From: Desulfurococcales archaeon
GTDB lineage: Archaea; Thermoproteota; Thermoprotei_A; Sulfolobales; Fervidicoccaceae
Reading direction: 5' to 3'
Assembly: GCA_027014955.1 (NCBI GenBank)
Contig: JALWDA010000073.1
Span: 12,926 to 76,925, forward strand
DNA length: 64,000 nucleotides
Positions within the stretch are counted from its first letter, which is position 1. The number at the start of each line of letters is the position of its first letter. The notes beneath the pieces are model-generated. The model was not told where the DNA came from. It made no database searches and was given only the letters and a program-made list of their open reading frames with translations. Both the position numbers and the translations under genes were made by a program. Positions 1 to 8,992 of the stretch are shown one piece after another.

Positions 1-2
1 TG

Positions 3-230
3 CCGAAAGGAAGGACTGGCGGAGTCAGGACATACCTCGTACCTGTGGCCCAAGACGTTATGACAAGGGACCCCATAACATTGGAGCCTGGAGGAACTCT
101 CCACGAAGCAGCCTCGCTTATGGTTGAACACGGCATCGGGGCGATACCAATTGTAGATAAGCAGGGCGATCTACTGGGGGTTGTTGCAAAAGTTCATATA
201 CTGGCGGCATATGTTGGGCAAAAACTCTAA
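3..230 (+). CDS. CBS-domain protein, C-terminal part (runs off the left edge)
   Basis: Frame is open from base 3. DVMTRDPIT...AASLMVEHGIGAIPIVD...LLGVV is a typical CBS repeat. Confidence 0.8.
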   Translation, partial: PKGRTGGVRTYLVPVAQDVMTRDPITLEPGGTLHEAASLMVEHGIGAIPIVDKQGDLLGVVAKVHILAAYVGQKL

Positions 231-286
231 GACAGCACCATGTTGGTGATAGAGCTCGCTCGGTAAACCTAGGGAGGTGTCTCAGT

Positions 287-1141
287 TTGGTTAAGAGTAG
301 GAAGCTTGGGGAGGCCCTCAAAACCAGGGTTGAGGACATTACGGTTAATGACTTCCCCTCAGCTGACAAAGACCAGAGTATTGCGGAGGCCCTCAGACTG
401 ATGGAAAAGTATGGGACAGACAGGATAGTGGTTACAGAGAAAGGGGCCCCCATTGGGGTTATGACCAAAAAAGACCTAGTCAACAAACTTCTAATGGAAA
501 GAACAAGGACCGCCTCATTTTCAGCACTCCATATATCAAGCTTCTTCACTAATAGCACAATATCTGTTGAGGCAAGCAAGTATTTGTCAGACGCAGCTAA
601 GGAGATGGAGGCTAACGATATAAGCAGCCTGTTCGTGGAAAAGCTTGGTTCGATAAGAGGTTTTTTCACCAAGAGAGAGCTTGTAGGTAAGCTTGCCGAC
701 GTTGATGATGTGAGAGCTCTTGAGGTGATGTCACCCGTCGTGCATTTAGCAAGGCTGGACGAAAGGCTGCTGCACATCAGGCAATTAATGCTGAGCAAGA
801 GAGTTTATTTCATGCCTGTAGTAAGCGACTCAGGCAAACTTGTGGGAACCATAAGTATAGACGACATAGCGGACGCGGTCATACAGTTTTATCGATCAGT
901 GCCTGAAAGGTATAGAAGGGAGAAAAAACACAAGCTCTTCGTTCATGGATATTATAACAGGACACAACCAGTGGCGGGTCTTGACACAAAGCTTTCAGAA
1001 ATAGTAGGGCAACTGGTCAGCAAGGGTGTAAGAGGTGTCGTTGTTATGGAGGGGGACAATGTGAAGGGCCAAGTCACTATTGATGACATTACAAGGCTAG
1101 TGGCGCTAGGCAGCCATGAGGTCCAAAGAAGAGAACAGTAG
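287..1141 (+). CDS. Protein with four CBS domains
   Basis: Four CBS-like repeats (ALRLMEKYGTDRIVV, EMEANDISSLFV, VMSPVV...MPVVSDSGKLVG, GVRGVVV...VKGQVTIDDI). GGAGGTG RBS precedes the TTG start. Confidence 0.85.
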   Translation: MVKSRKLGEALKTRVEDITVNDFPSADKDQSIAEALRLMEKYGTDRIVVTEKGAPIGVMTKKDLVNKLLMERTRTASFSALHISSFFTNSTISVEASKYLSDAAKEMEANDISSLFVEKLGSIRGFFTKRELVGKLADVDDVRALEVMSPVVHLARLDERLLHIRQLMLSKRVYFMPVVSDSGKLVGTISIDDIADAVIQFYRSVPERYRREKKHKLFVHGYYNRTQPVAGLDTKLSEIVGQLVSKGVRGVVVMEGDNVKGQVTIDDITRLVALGSHEVQRREQ

Positions 1142-1619
1142 CAAAAACAAGAATCCTCTCCCCGATCCGTTGTTTGTTATAGACGCAATGCATGGCAAGC
1201 TCGCGAAACTACTAAGAATACTAGGTTACGACACAATATATGCCAATAGCATGAGCGACCAGCAAGTGCTAGAAATATGCCAGAGTGGTGGCCGGGTGCT
1301 AGTTACTGGCGATAGGTCCCTCTACGAGAGGGCTTCTAAGAATTGCCCCAAAGCAATCTTCATACCCCAGAGCACTCGCGTCGAAAAATCTCTCGCTATA
1401 TTGGCGGAAAATCTGGGAATAAGCCTCGACATAGACATGGGAAGAAGCAGATGTCCATATTGTAACGCTAGGCTGGAAAAAATGCCGAGAACCCCACTCC
1501 CCTGGACTCAGGAAGTGTATAAGTGCCCATCATGTGGTAATTATTATTGGAAGGGAAGCCACTGGAAAAGCCTGTTGAAAACCCTGGGTGAAGCCAAGAA
1601 ATGGCTCCCTCCGAGATAG
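1116..1619 (+). CDS. Mut7-C RNase (PIN-like, DUF82) protein with Zn ribbon
   Basis: FVIDAMHGKLAKLLRILGYDT, RVLVTGDR, SRCPYCN...CPSCGNYYWKGSH. Confidence 0.85.
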   Translation: MRSKEENSSKNKNPLPDPLFVIDAMHGKLAKLLRILGYDTIYANSMSDQQVLEICQSGGRVLVTGDRSLYERASKNCPKAIFIPQSTRVEKSLAILAENLGISLDIDMGRSRCPYCNARLEKMPRTPLPWTQEVYKCPSCGNYYWKGSHWKSLLKTLGEAKKWLPPR

Positions 1620-2233
1620 TTGAACCTGAGGACCTGACGCTGGAAGAAGGCTCGTACCTTGTAAAAAAGGCTAGAGAAGCAGTTGAGAAGAGCTTCATAG
1701 CAGAGCGCCCCGACACCCGTGACGCTACCCAGAAATTAATGAAAAAGGGGGCGGCGTTCGTAACAATAGAGCGGTTCTCGCCCGAGAAAAGAGAGCTTAG
1801 GGGGTGTATAGGTTTTGTTTACCCGGTAAAGCCCTTAGTAGAGGCGGTTATAGATGCGGCTATCGAGTCCGCCTTCAGAGACCCCAGGTTCCCTCCAATG
1901 AAAATATCAGAGCTACCCCAGGTCACTTTCGAGGTTTCTGTGCTCTCAAGTATAAAGCCGATGCCAGAAGACCCGAGGGAAAGGCTTAAACTCATAAAGA
2001 TTGGCCACGTAGGCCTTATTGCGAAGAAGGGCGTATACTCAGGCCTATTACTACCCCAGGTTCCTGTTGAACAGGGATGGGACGAGGAGACGTTCTTGTC
2101 ATACACGTGCCTGAAAGCGGGTCTTCCCCAGGACTGCTGGCTTTCTAGAGAGGTCAAGTTCTACTATTTCACCGCAAGGATATTCGCGGAGAAGCACCCA
2201 GGGGGTCCTGTTGAGGAACGTGTGTTCGACTAA
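1601..2233 (+). CDS. AMMECR1-domain protein
   Basis: AFVT...LRGCIG, AFRDPRFPP, EVSVLS, GLLLPQV, CLKAGL motifs. Confidence 0.92.
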   Translation: MAPSEIVEPEDLTLEEGSYLVKKAREAVEKSFIAERPDTRDATQKLMKKGAAFVTIERFSPEKRELRGCIGFVYPVKPLVEAVIDAAIESAFRDPRFPPMKISELPQVTFEVSVLSSIKPMPEDPRERLKLIKIGHVGLIAKKGVYSGLLLPQVPVEQGWDEETFLSYTCLKAGLPQDCWLSREVKFYYFTARIFAEKHPGGPVEERVFD

Positions 2234-2240
2234 ACTGGAT

Positions 2241-2299
2241 AGTCAGCTTAACTCTGACCAATCATCCCACAGGGTCAGCCTTGCCGGTTATCATCACTT
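2241..2299 (-). ncRNA. Box C/D methylation-guide sRNA (dual guide)
   Basis: Minus strand reads GTGATGA-TAACCGGCAAGG-CTGA-CCCTGTG-GGATGA-TTGGTCAGAGTTAAG-CTGA, i.e. C, D', C' and D boxes with guide-length spacers. It is intergenic, with a TTTTAA element about 25 nt upstream. Confidence 0.88.
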
Positions 2300-2446
2300 A
2301 AGGACATAGTAAACTACAGTGGGTTAAAAGAAAGCTTGTTTTCAAGTCAAATAGTGCTCTACAGTATTAAAAATCATGCCGTACAATAACCATACACTGA
2401 CGTATTGTTTCACAGTATAGCCTAATAATGAATCGTTTCTGGAGGG

Positions 2447-4252
2447 ATGGCTTTGAGGTTCATCCTAGTCGCTAAGACGCTGGACATGGTGGAAAAAATC
2501 TCGTCACGCATACAGATAACAAACACCCTGGTGGAGCTATTCAAGCAAACTCCCAAGGAAGTCGTGGATAAGGTGATCTACTTCCTCCAGGGAAAACTAT
2601 GGCCAGAATGGATGGGTATGCCTGAGCTAGGCCTTGGGGAAAAGATGCTAATAAAAGCAATATCGATAGCCTACGGCGTCTCAGAGGCCCGGGTCACGTC
2701 CCTCTACAAGGACTTGGGCGATTTAGGAGTTGTCGCAGAGAGGCTGAGGTCAGAGAAAAAGTCTCTAACCACCTCTAAAGGCCTAATGGCCTTCATGGGA
2801 GGCGCCGTAAGCACGGAATCCGGACTAACTGTTGACAGGGTCTACAACACCCTTGCGAGGATTGCTAAAGCCCAAGGTGAGGGGAGCAGGGATTTAAAGT
2901 TGAGACTGCTCTCTGGGCTGCTTAGGGAAGCCGAGCCCCTTGAGGCTAGGTTTATTGTCAGGTTTGTGGAGGGGCGCCATAGGATAGGTGTTGGTGATAT
3001 GACGATACTAGACGCCCTTGCCATAGCGTATGCCGGTGGTGGCTCATACAGGCCGGTCATCGAGAGGGCATACAACCTGAGGGCGGATTTGGCCCATGTT
3101 GCAAAGATTCTTGTAGAGAAAGGTGTTGAGGCTCTTGAGAAGATAAAGCCTGAGGTGGGAACACCAGTAAAGCCAATGCTGGCGGAAAGGCACAAGGACC
3201 CAGCGGAGATGCTGGCAAAGGTGGGGGGCAGGGCCATAGTCGAGTACAAATACGATGGTGAGAGAGCTCAGATCCATAAAAAAGGAGACCAAATATGGAT
3301 ATTCTCGCGCCGCCTCGAAAACATTACCCACATGTATCCCGAGGTTGTCGAGAGTGCTAAGAACTACCTTGTTCCCAACGAGGTAATTGTTGAGGGAGAG
3401 ATAGTAGCAATAGACCCTGACACTGGTGAAATGAGGCCCTTCCAAGTCCTCATGACAAGGAAGAGAAAATACGAGATACATAGAGCGATGAAAGAAGTGC
3501 CTGTAAGGGTATACTTGTTTGATATAATTTATGTCGATGGAGAAGATCTGACTCTCAGACCCCTTCCCGAGAGGAAGAAGGTGTTGGAGCAGAGCGTTAG
3601 GGAAAATGACGTGATAAAGCTCGCCGAGTACCAGTATGTTTCCACCCCAGAGGAGCTTGACAGATTCTTTCTAAAGGCTGTAGAAGAAGGAGCAGAGGGC
3701 ATAATGGTAAAGGCTATCCACCAGAACAGCATCTACCAGGCGGGTAACAGGGGCTGGCTCTGGATTAAATACAAGCGTGACTACAAGAGCGAGATGAGCG
3801 ACTCAGTAGACCTCGTAGTTGTTGGCGCATTCAAAGGAAGGGGAAGACGCGCAGGTAAATACGGCACTCTCCTGCTGGCAGCCTATGATAAGGAGAACGA
3901 CTCCTTTAAGACAGTCTGCAAGGTGGGGACGGGCTTCACCGATGAAGACTTGGAGAAAATGGAAGACATCCTAAAGCCCTATATGATTAAAAACAGACAT
4001 CCGAGAGTTGTGAGTGAGGTAGAACCGGACGTATGGACAGAGCCCGCGCTCGTTGCGGAAATCATAGGCGCGGAGCTGACGCTCAGCCCGTTACACACCT
4101 GTGCGCGGGGGGCCCTCAAGCCGGACACTGGTATTAGTATCAGGTTCCCTCGTTTCATTAGATGGAGAGACGACAAGAGCCCCGAGGAGGCCACAACCTG
4201 CGATGAGCTCGTTGAGATGTACAAGCAACAACTGAGAACGGTCCAGGAATAA
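2447..4252 (+). CDS. lig: ATP-dependent DNA ligase
   Basis: Motif I EYKYDGERAQ, EGIMVK, WIKYKRDY, SIRFPRF; 601 aa archaeal architecture. Confidence 0.98.
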   Translation: MALRFILVAKTLDMVEKISSRIQITNTLVELFKQTPKEVVDKVIYFLQGKLWPEWMGMPELGLGEKMLIKAISIAYGVSEARVTSLYKDLGDLGVVAERLRSEKKSLTTSKGLMAFMGGAVSTESGLTVDRVYNTLARIAKAQGEGSRDLKLRLLSGLLREAEPLEARFIVRFVEGRHRIGVGDMTILDALAIAYAGGGSYRPVIERAYNLRADLAHVAKILVEKGVEALEKIKPEVGTPVKPMLAERHKDPAEMLAKVGGRAIVEYKYDGERAQIHKKGDQIWIFSRRLENITHMYPEVVESAKNYLVPNEVIVEGEIVAIDPDTGEMRPFQVLMTRKRKYEIHRAMKEVPVRVYLFDIIYVDGEDLTLRPLPERKKVLEQSVRENDVIKLAEYQYVSTPEELDRFFLKAVEEGAEGIMVKAIHQNSIYQAGNRGWLWIKYKRDYKSEMSDSVDLVVVGAFKGRGRRAGKYGTLLLAAYDKENDSFKTVCKVGTGFTDEDLEKMEDILKPYMIKNRHPRVVSEVEPDVWTEPALVAEIIGAELTLSPLHTCARGALKPDTGISIRFPRFIRWRDDKSPEEATTCDELVEMYKQQLRTVQE

Positions 4253-4449
4253 TCGTTCACATTTAGTCAGATGCTCAGATATCATTTTGTCCACAGGTTT
4301 TCCAACAACATCGTGCAAACCAGAAAATTGGTTATCAAAACCCCTGTTGGAAGATTTGTTACATCAAAGAACGTTTTGAGCAAGGCCAACTATTATGAAG
4401 GAACTACTAAGCTTTAACGTCGGAAAGCCTTGAAATAAGCCACGCGGTA

Positions 4450-4893
4450 TTAGTGTCTCCTATAAATTCTCTTGAGGTGTGCCTGGGCAATGCGGTATAC
4501 AGCCTCGACTACTCCCGGCTCTTTTAATTCATTTATTATAATTTGACTAACTTTTCCTTGGTCGTTCCTCACTATTTCTATATTTACCTCCTCGTTGGCA
4601 GCCATTAGGCTTACCTTTTCTCTAAGCGATTCCAGCTTCAGATGGTCAGGGTCGGCTGGTTTGCTGAAGTGTATAATAACTTCTTCAGAACCCTTTTTAA
4701 CGCTGGCAACTACTTCATCGTTTTGCCTTATCTCTGTACCTGTTTCTTTCCTAACCAAAGGCTTGTGGACGTTCATGGAGTCGAGCAAGTTAAGCATGTG
4801 TTCGTAATGCTCGAGCTCTTTTTTGAGCTCGTTTATACGTTTTACCAGGAAGTCTTTAAGCTTATCAAGCTTTTCTCGGTCACTGCCTATCAT
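4450..4893 (-). CDS. Hypothetical protein with N-terminal coiled coil
   Basis: 147 aa ORF filling the gap, heptad-rich N-terminus (KLDKLKDFLVKRINELKKELEHYE), TGAGG before the ATG. Confidence 0.65.
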   Translation of the reverse strand: MIGSDREKLDKLKDFLVKRINELKKELEHYEHMLNLLDSMNVHKPLVRKETGTEIRQNDEVVASVKKGSEEVIIHFSKPADPDHLKLESLREKVSLMAANEEVNIEIVRNDQGKVSQIIINELKEPGVVEAVYRIAQAHLKRIYRRH

Positions 4894-5207
4894 TGCCTCA
4901 TCCTAACCTTATTAATGCCTTAAATGTGCTATAAGAGTACCTATGCAATCGTGCTGATGGTTATTGTCACCTTACTAACTAATACACGGAACTTCGATTA
5001 AAGGCTTCTATCCTATTAGACTAAAAAGGGGACGCCGGATAGCATCCACCCTTTTCCCGAGAAAAGGTAAAAAATAAGAGACAAAAGCAATTCTTAATCC
5101 TTAGCAGCTCAGTAATAAACACACATACATAAGAATTACTCACAAACCCGCCGTCGATTACATTGTCTTCCAGACAAGTCCCGAGTGTTATAACGTGAAG
5201 GCGATTA

Positions 5208-7076
5208 GTGATGGAAACAAAAAGGCACAGAAAATCCTGCCCAGGGTGCAAGTGCTTCCGTGCTTGCCTTTTAGTGGTAGTGGTTGCCTTTCTAATGGCA
5301 GTTGCCTTCGCCCCGGTCGCGATCATGGGACAAGCCGATTCACAGGGTTCGGAAAGAGACGGGCAGAAGTATATAGTACTCAAGGTCCCAGCGGTTACTG
5401 GTGACAACGGTAAGATAATATCCATTATCGTCAAAAAAAGCGACACACCGGGTGTGAGGTTTGATGGTACAGTAGATATAGGTGAGGATACCTATGCCTC
5501 AGCTTGGACAGCCTATCTAATATCAAGCCTCCTTTCAGGAGAGTCCCCGTTTGACCGTGGTATAGAAATCATGGTACTCACAGATAGCAACAATGTAGAG
5601 GGTCCCAGTGCTAGTTTAGCAATAGCGACGGCCATCTATGCACTCCAGGCTGGAAAAACCGTTCATAATAGTTTCTCTAACTTCTCGATAACTGGCGCTA
5701 TCAGCCTAGACGGCGCAAGTGTACTAGTTGGGGGAACTTTGGAGAAGCTGAGGGCAACTATCGAAGAGGGCCTGGAGGCCATGATACTTCCTGCGCCAAA
5801 CGCTGTTATGCTAGAGAGCCAGGCAGGGGCGGGGGACAGTCGTTATCTGATGCCAGTATATGGGCTTCTCGATACGTACGACGTTCTCATATCAAGGGAA
5901 ACAGTATTCTCGAGCTGGGTAGAGACGGGGTATCCCGGCGAGCTAGCTGAGTACTTGTCTGGCATAAGGGAGGAGTTCTACGCTAAAGCCTTGGACACAG
6001 CCCTGGGACTGGGTAACGCTACCCTTGCAAGGGTGACCCACTATCTCAATGAGTCTGAGAAGGAGTTCTCTAGAGGAAGGTACTATTCTTCGGCAAGCCT
6101 GGCTTACACAGCCTACTTAGCCGCGTTAGCAGCAAATCTATCATCTGTAAGCGATAGTGAGCTGGAGAACATGTATAACCTTATTGTGAAGGAACTCGAT
6201 CGTATCAAGGATGTTCTGCGCTACCGAGAGCAGGAATTGTACAGGAAGGGTTCTATAGGACAATATGAGCTAGAACTCCTGGCAATATCAGAATCACGTG
6301 CCTGGATGTGCGAGGCTCTTTTAAAAGAGTATAAAGCGGGCCAGCTTAGTAAAGAAGAGAGAATAGACGCTCTCATACAAGCGAAGGCAAGATGTGAGAC
6401 CGCTAAGACGTGGGTGAAGGCCCTGGATCTCCATTGGGAGAATCAGCCTCTTGTATCATATAGCCTTTTGGAAAAGGTTATCGACGAGTATAACACCTTC
6501 TTGGAATATGCGATGATATATGTTTCAAAAGCGGTTGAGATGCAGGGGATGCCTCCTCGTATAAAAATTTACTTTGATGAACTCAAAGACTTGGCAAATC
6601 GGATAAACGAGGCCTCGCAGAAGGGAAGCCCAGGGCTCAGGCTGGGGTTATCGGTAGAGCTTTCAAGCAGGCTCTCTTCCTTCCTAACCCAGATGAACTT
6701 TATTGAACCCAAAGTTACAGAGGGCTACGTAAGAGAGCTTTGGAGGAACTTCGCTGTCCTCTCAGGAAATCTAGCGTCTTATGGGAGGAGCAGTATAATG
6801 GCCTCCATGTACGCGGAGTATGCCTCTTATGACGGCCACGACCCACTTACCACAGTCTCTTTACTAGACACCGCCATTGCATCGCTACACCCCCTTCTTA
6901 TATACTCTATGTTGGAGGAACATGGTGTCGAGGGAAGTGGTGTAGAAAACGCGACAGTGTCTAACAACACGGCAATCATCATCGAGAGGTACCAATACTG
7001 GGTCGCATTCGGCGTAATGTCAACAATAATTGGTGTAATAGTGGCTAGGCTTTATACGGGTAAGGAGCTCTGGTGA
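5208..7076 (+). CDS. Membrane-anchored S16 (Lon-type Ser-Lys dyad) protease-like protein
   Basis: Signal/TM segment, VPAV motif, VEGPSAS (Ser), ITGAISLDG...VGGTLEK (Lys), helical region, C-terminal TM. Confidence 0.8.
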   Translation: MMETKRHRKSCPGCKCFRACLLVVVVAFLMAVAFAPVAIMGQADSQGSERDGQKYIVLKVPAVTGDNGKIISIIVKKSDTPGVRFDGTVDIGEDTYASAWTAYLISSLLSGESPFDRGIEIMVLTDSNNVEGPSASLAIATAIYALQAGKTVHNSFSNFSITGAISLDGASVLVGGTLEKLRATIEEGLEAMILPAPNAVMLESQAGAGDSRYLMPVYGLLDTYDVLISRETVFSSWVETGYPGELAEYLSGIREEFYAKALDTALGLGNATLARVTHYLNESEKEFSRGRYYSSASLAYTAYLAALAANLSSVSDSELENMYNLIVKELDRIKDVLRYREQELYRKGSIGQYELELLAISESRAWMCEALLKEYKAGQLSKEERIDALIQAKARCETAKTWVKALDLHWENQPLVSYSLLEKVIDEYNTFLEYAMIYVSKAVEMQGMPPRIKIYFDELKDLANRINEASQKGSPGLRLGLSVELSSRLSSFLTQMNFIEPKVTEGYVRELWRNFAVLSGNLASYGRSSIMASMYAEYASYDGHDPLTTVSLLDTAIASLHPLLIYSMLEEHGVEGSGVENATVSNNTAIIIERYQYWVAFGVMSTIIGVIVARLYTGKELW

Positions 7077-7725
7077 CGTGCCCTTCTTTGGTCTTTAGAG
7101 CCACATCTTCTTCCCCCCCCATAATCTCCTTAGCCAGCCTTATATCATCCAGCAGGAGGTTCCAGAGACCCCGGTTCCTAAGTATGGCTGCGGGGTGGTA
7201 TGAAGATACAAGTTTGAACTCTATATCACCTATCTTTACCTTAATTACTTTCCCGCGGAACTCTTTGATAGGCACGTAGCTTGGCCTGTGTTGCAGTGAG
7301 GTGGGAAGGTTCGCTAGATAGTTGGCCGCGGTGGCGCCCAATGCAAGAACTATTACTGGCTTTATCGCCCTTAGCTGGCCCACAAGATAGGGAAGGCAGG
7401 CCACTGCCTCATCATGACGGGGAACCCTATTCCCCGGGGGTCTACACTTAACCACGTTGGTGATAAAAACATCATCTCTACGGATTCCATTATGTTGTAG
7501 AGCCTTGTCAAGCAGTTTTCCAGCTGCCCCTACAAAAGGCCTCCCAGTAGCGTCCTCCTGGGCTCCTGGCGCCTCTCCTACTATGACCATCCTTGCATTT
7601 GCTGGTCCCTCGCCTGGAACTGGCTTCTTACGTGTCTTGTGAAGGGGGCATCTCTTGCACTCCCTTACAAGCCTATGTATCTCGTCTAATACGGGAGGAT
7701 GGTCTGACTTCATGCCCTTCGCCAC
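7045..7725 (-). CDS. udg: Uracil-DNA glycosylase, family 4 (Fe-S)
   Basis: CKRCPL, VGEAPG, GRPFVGAAG, NVVKCRPPGNR, YHPAA. Confidence 0.95.
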   Translation of the reverse strand: MAKGMKSDHPPVLDEIHRLVRECKRCPLHKTRKKPVPGEGPANARMVIVGEAPGAQEDATGRPFVGAAGKLLDKALQHNGIRRDDVFITNVVKCRPPGNRVPRHDEAVACLPYLVGQLRAIKPVIVLALGATAANYLANLPTSLQHRPSYVPIKEFRGKVIKVKIGDIEFKLVSSYHPAAILRNRGLWNLLLDDIRLAKEIMGGEEDVALKTKEGHVTRAPYPYKA

Positions 7726-8816
7726 ACGTAGTGTTCGCTCAGAGAGTAGTTCGCAAGAAACCCAGCTACTATCCCTATTAAGTTAGCAATGAGAGGCTCG
7801 ATGCCAAGCAGGTATGACAGTGAGAGAAGAGTGATATAGTTAATGGTCACTCCCAATCCAGCTGCAAGGTGATATCGCGCAAGCCGCTTGTGTAGAGGGA
7901 CAAGCGTCTTCTCATTCCTGAATGTAAACACGTTATTGAGGGTGAAGTTATTTAGTATGCTGGACTCTATTGACAGCAGTCCTGAGATATACAGGGGCAA
8001 TCCGATTTGATAGTGTGTCACCCAAAGTACAGCCTCGTTCACGACAACCCCGGTCGTGCCAACCAGTGCAAATTTTAGTATCCTGTAGTTGTTTAGCCTA
8101 ATCACATGCTTGAGATAGTTCAGGCCTTCGCCTGCAGTAAGCTTGCTCTTTCCCGCGTATCGCGGAGAAAAAACAATGGGTACTTCCCTAATCCGCTTCC
8201 GGTCATAGTCGCCCTTCACTAGTATCTCAAGCAATATCTTGTACCCTAAAGGGTCTAGTACGTTTAGTTTATTGGACACGACGCTACGTTTCAGTCCGAA
8301 GAACCCTGTCATTGGGTCGCTTATCATGCGGGTTTGTGGGAGAAGAAGTTTTGCAATCGCAGTTGCTCCTAAGGAAACTATCTTTCTAAGAACAGTTAGA
8401 CCCTCGTCTCGCCCCCCGTGCTTGTACCTTGTACCTATAACAATGTCGCCCCCGCTCTCCAACTCGCGGAGCATCTCGGGGAGCTTTTCGGGAGGGTGCT
8501 GAAGGTCAGCGTCCATTACTATAATATACCTCCCCTCCGCGTTCTTGAAACCCTCTACAACGGCCCGGGCCAACCCCCTCTCATTGTATCTTACAATCAC
8601 CTTTACCCTATCCTCTATTCCCAATCTCTTGGCGTGCTTGAGAGCCTCTTCTGCTGTTCCGTCGGGACTGTTGTCATCAACTATTATGACCTCGTAATCA
8701 TCACCAAGCCCTGCTTTCTCCATCGTGTTTCTTATCCTCTCCAGCAGGACGCCTATGTTCTCAGCCTCATTATACGTGGGTACAACTATGCTAAGCTTCA
8801 AGCTCTCTTCCTTCAT
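7710..8816 (-). CDS. GT2 polyprenol-phosphate glycosyltransferase (DPM1-like) fused to a GtrA membrane domain
   Basis: VVPTYNE, VDDNSPDGT, MDADLQHPPE, DPMTGFF, R.AGKSK; C-terminal KFALVG...NF.LN...TF GtrA region. Confidence 0.92.
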   Translation of the reverse strand: MKEESLKLSIVVPTYNEAENIGVLLERIRNTMEKAGLGDDYEVIIVDDNSPDGTAEEALKHAKRLGIEDRVKVIVRYNERGLARAVVEGFKNAEGRYIIVMDADLQHPPEKLPEMLRELESGGDIVIGTRYKHGGRDEGLTVLRKIVSLGATAIAKLLLPQTRMISDPMTGFFGLKRSVVSNKLNVLDPLGYKILLEILVKGDYDRKRIREVPIVFSPRYAGKSKLTAGEGLNYLKHVIRLNNYRILKFALVGTTGVVVNEAVLWVTHYQIGLPLYISGLLSIESSILNNFTLNNVFTFRNEKTLVPLHKRLARYHLAAGLGVTINYITLLSLSYLLGIEPLIANLIGIVAGFLANYSLSEHYVWRRA

Positions 8817-8992
8817 GAGTGACCCCTTCAGTGCACAAGGCTCCCCGCTAAAGTCAAGTAGGTATTTTTAGGGAGAGTTAGGCCTATTTTGTCTTGTGAG
8901 CCAATGAAACCCCCGGCACATATCTCATTGTGGGAAGCACCCAGCATTAAACGAAACATGACATCGGTAGTCCACCTCGACCTCCCGGCATA

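Noticed and set aside
118..798. 226 aa minus-strand ORF, and the many similar antisense ORFs (e.g. 29969..30439, 47426..48010, 49158..50375, 61735..62328)
   Set aside because: Shadows of well-supported genes on the opposite strand; Ser/Leu-rich and without motifs
4267..4316. Possible minus-strand C/D sRNA (ATGATA...CTGA) after lig
   Set aside because: Only the D box and a partial C' are good; C and D' are too degenerate
5021..5446. 141 aa minus-strand ORF
   Set aside because: Overlaps the S16 protease start and promoter region, with no recognisable features
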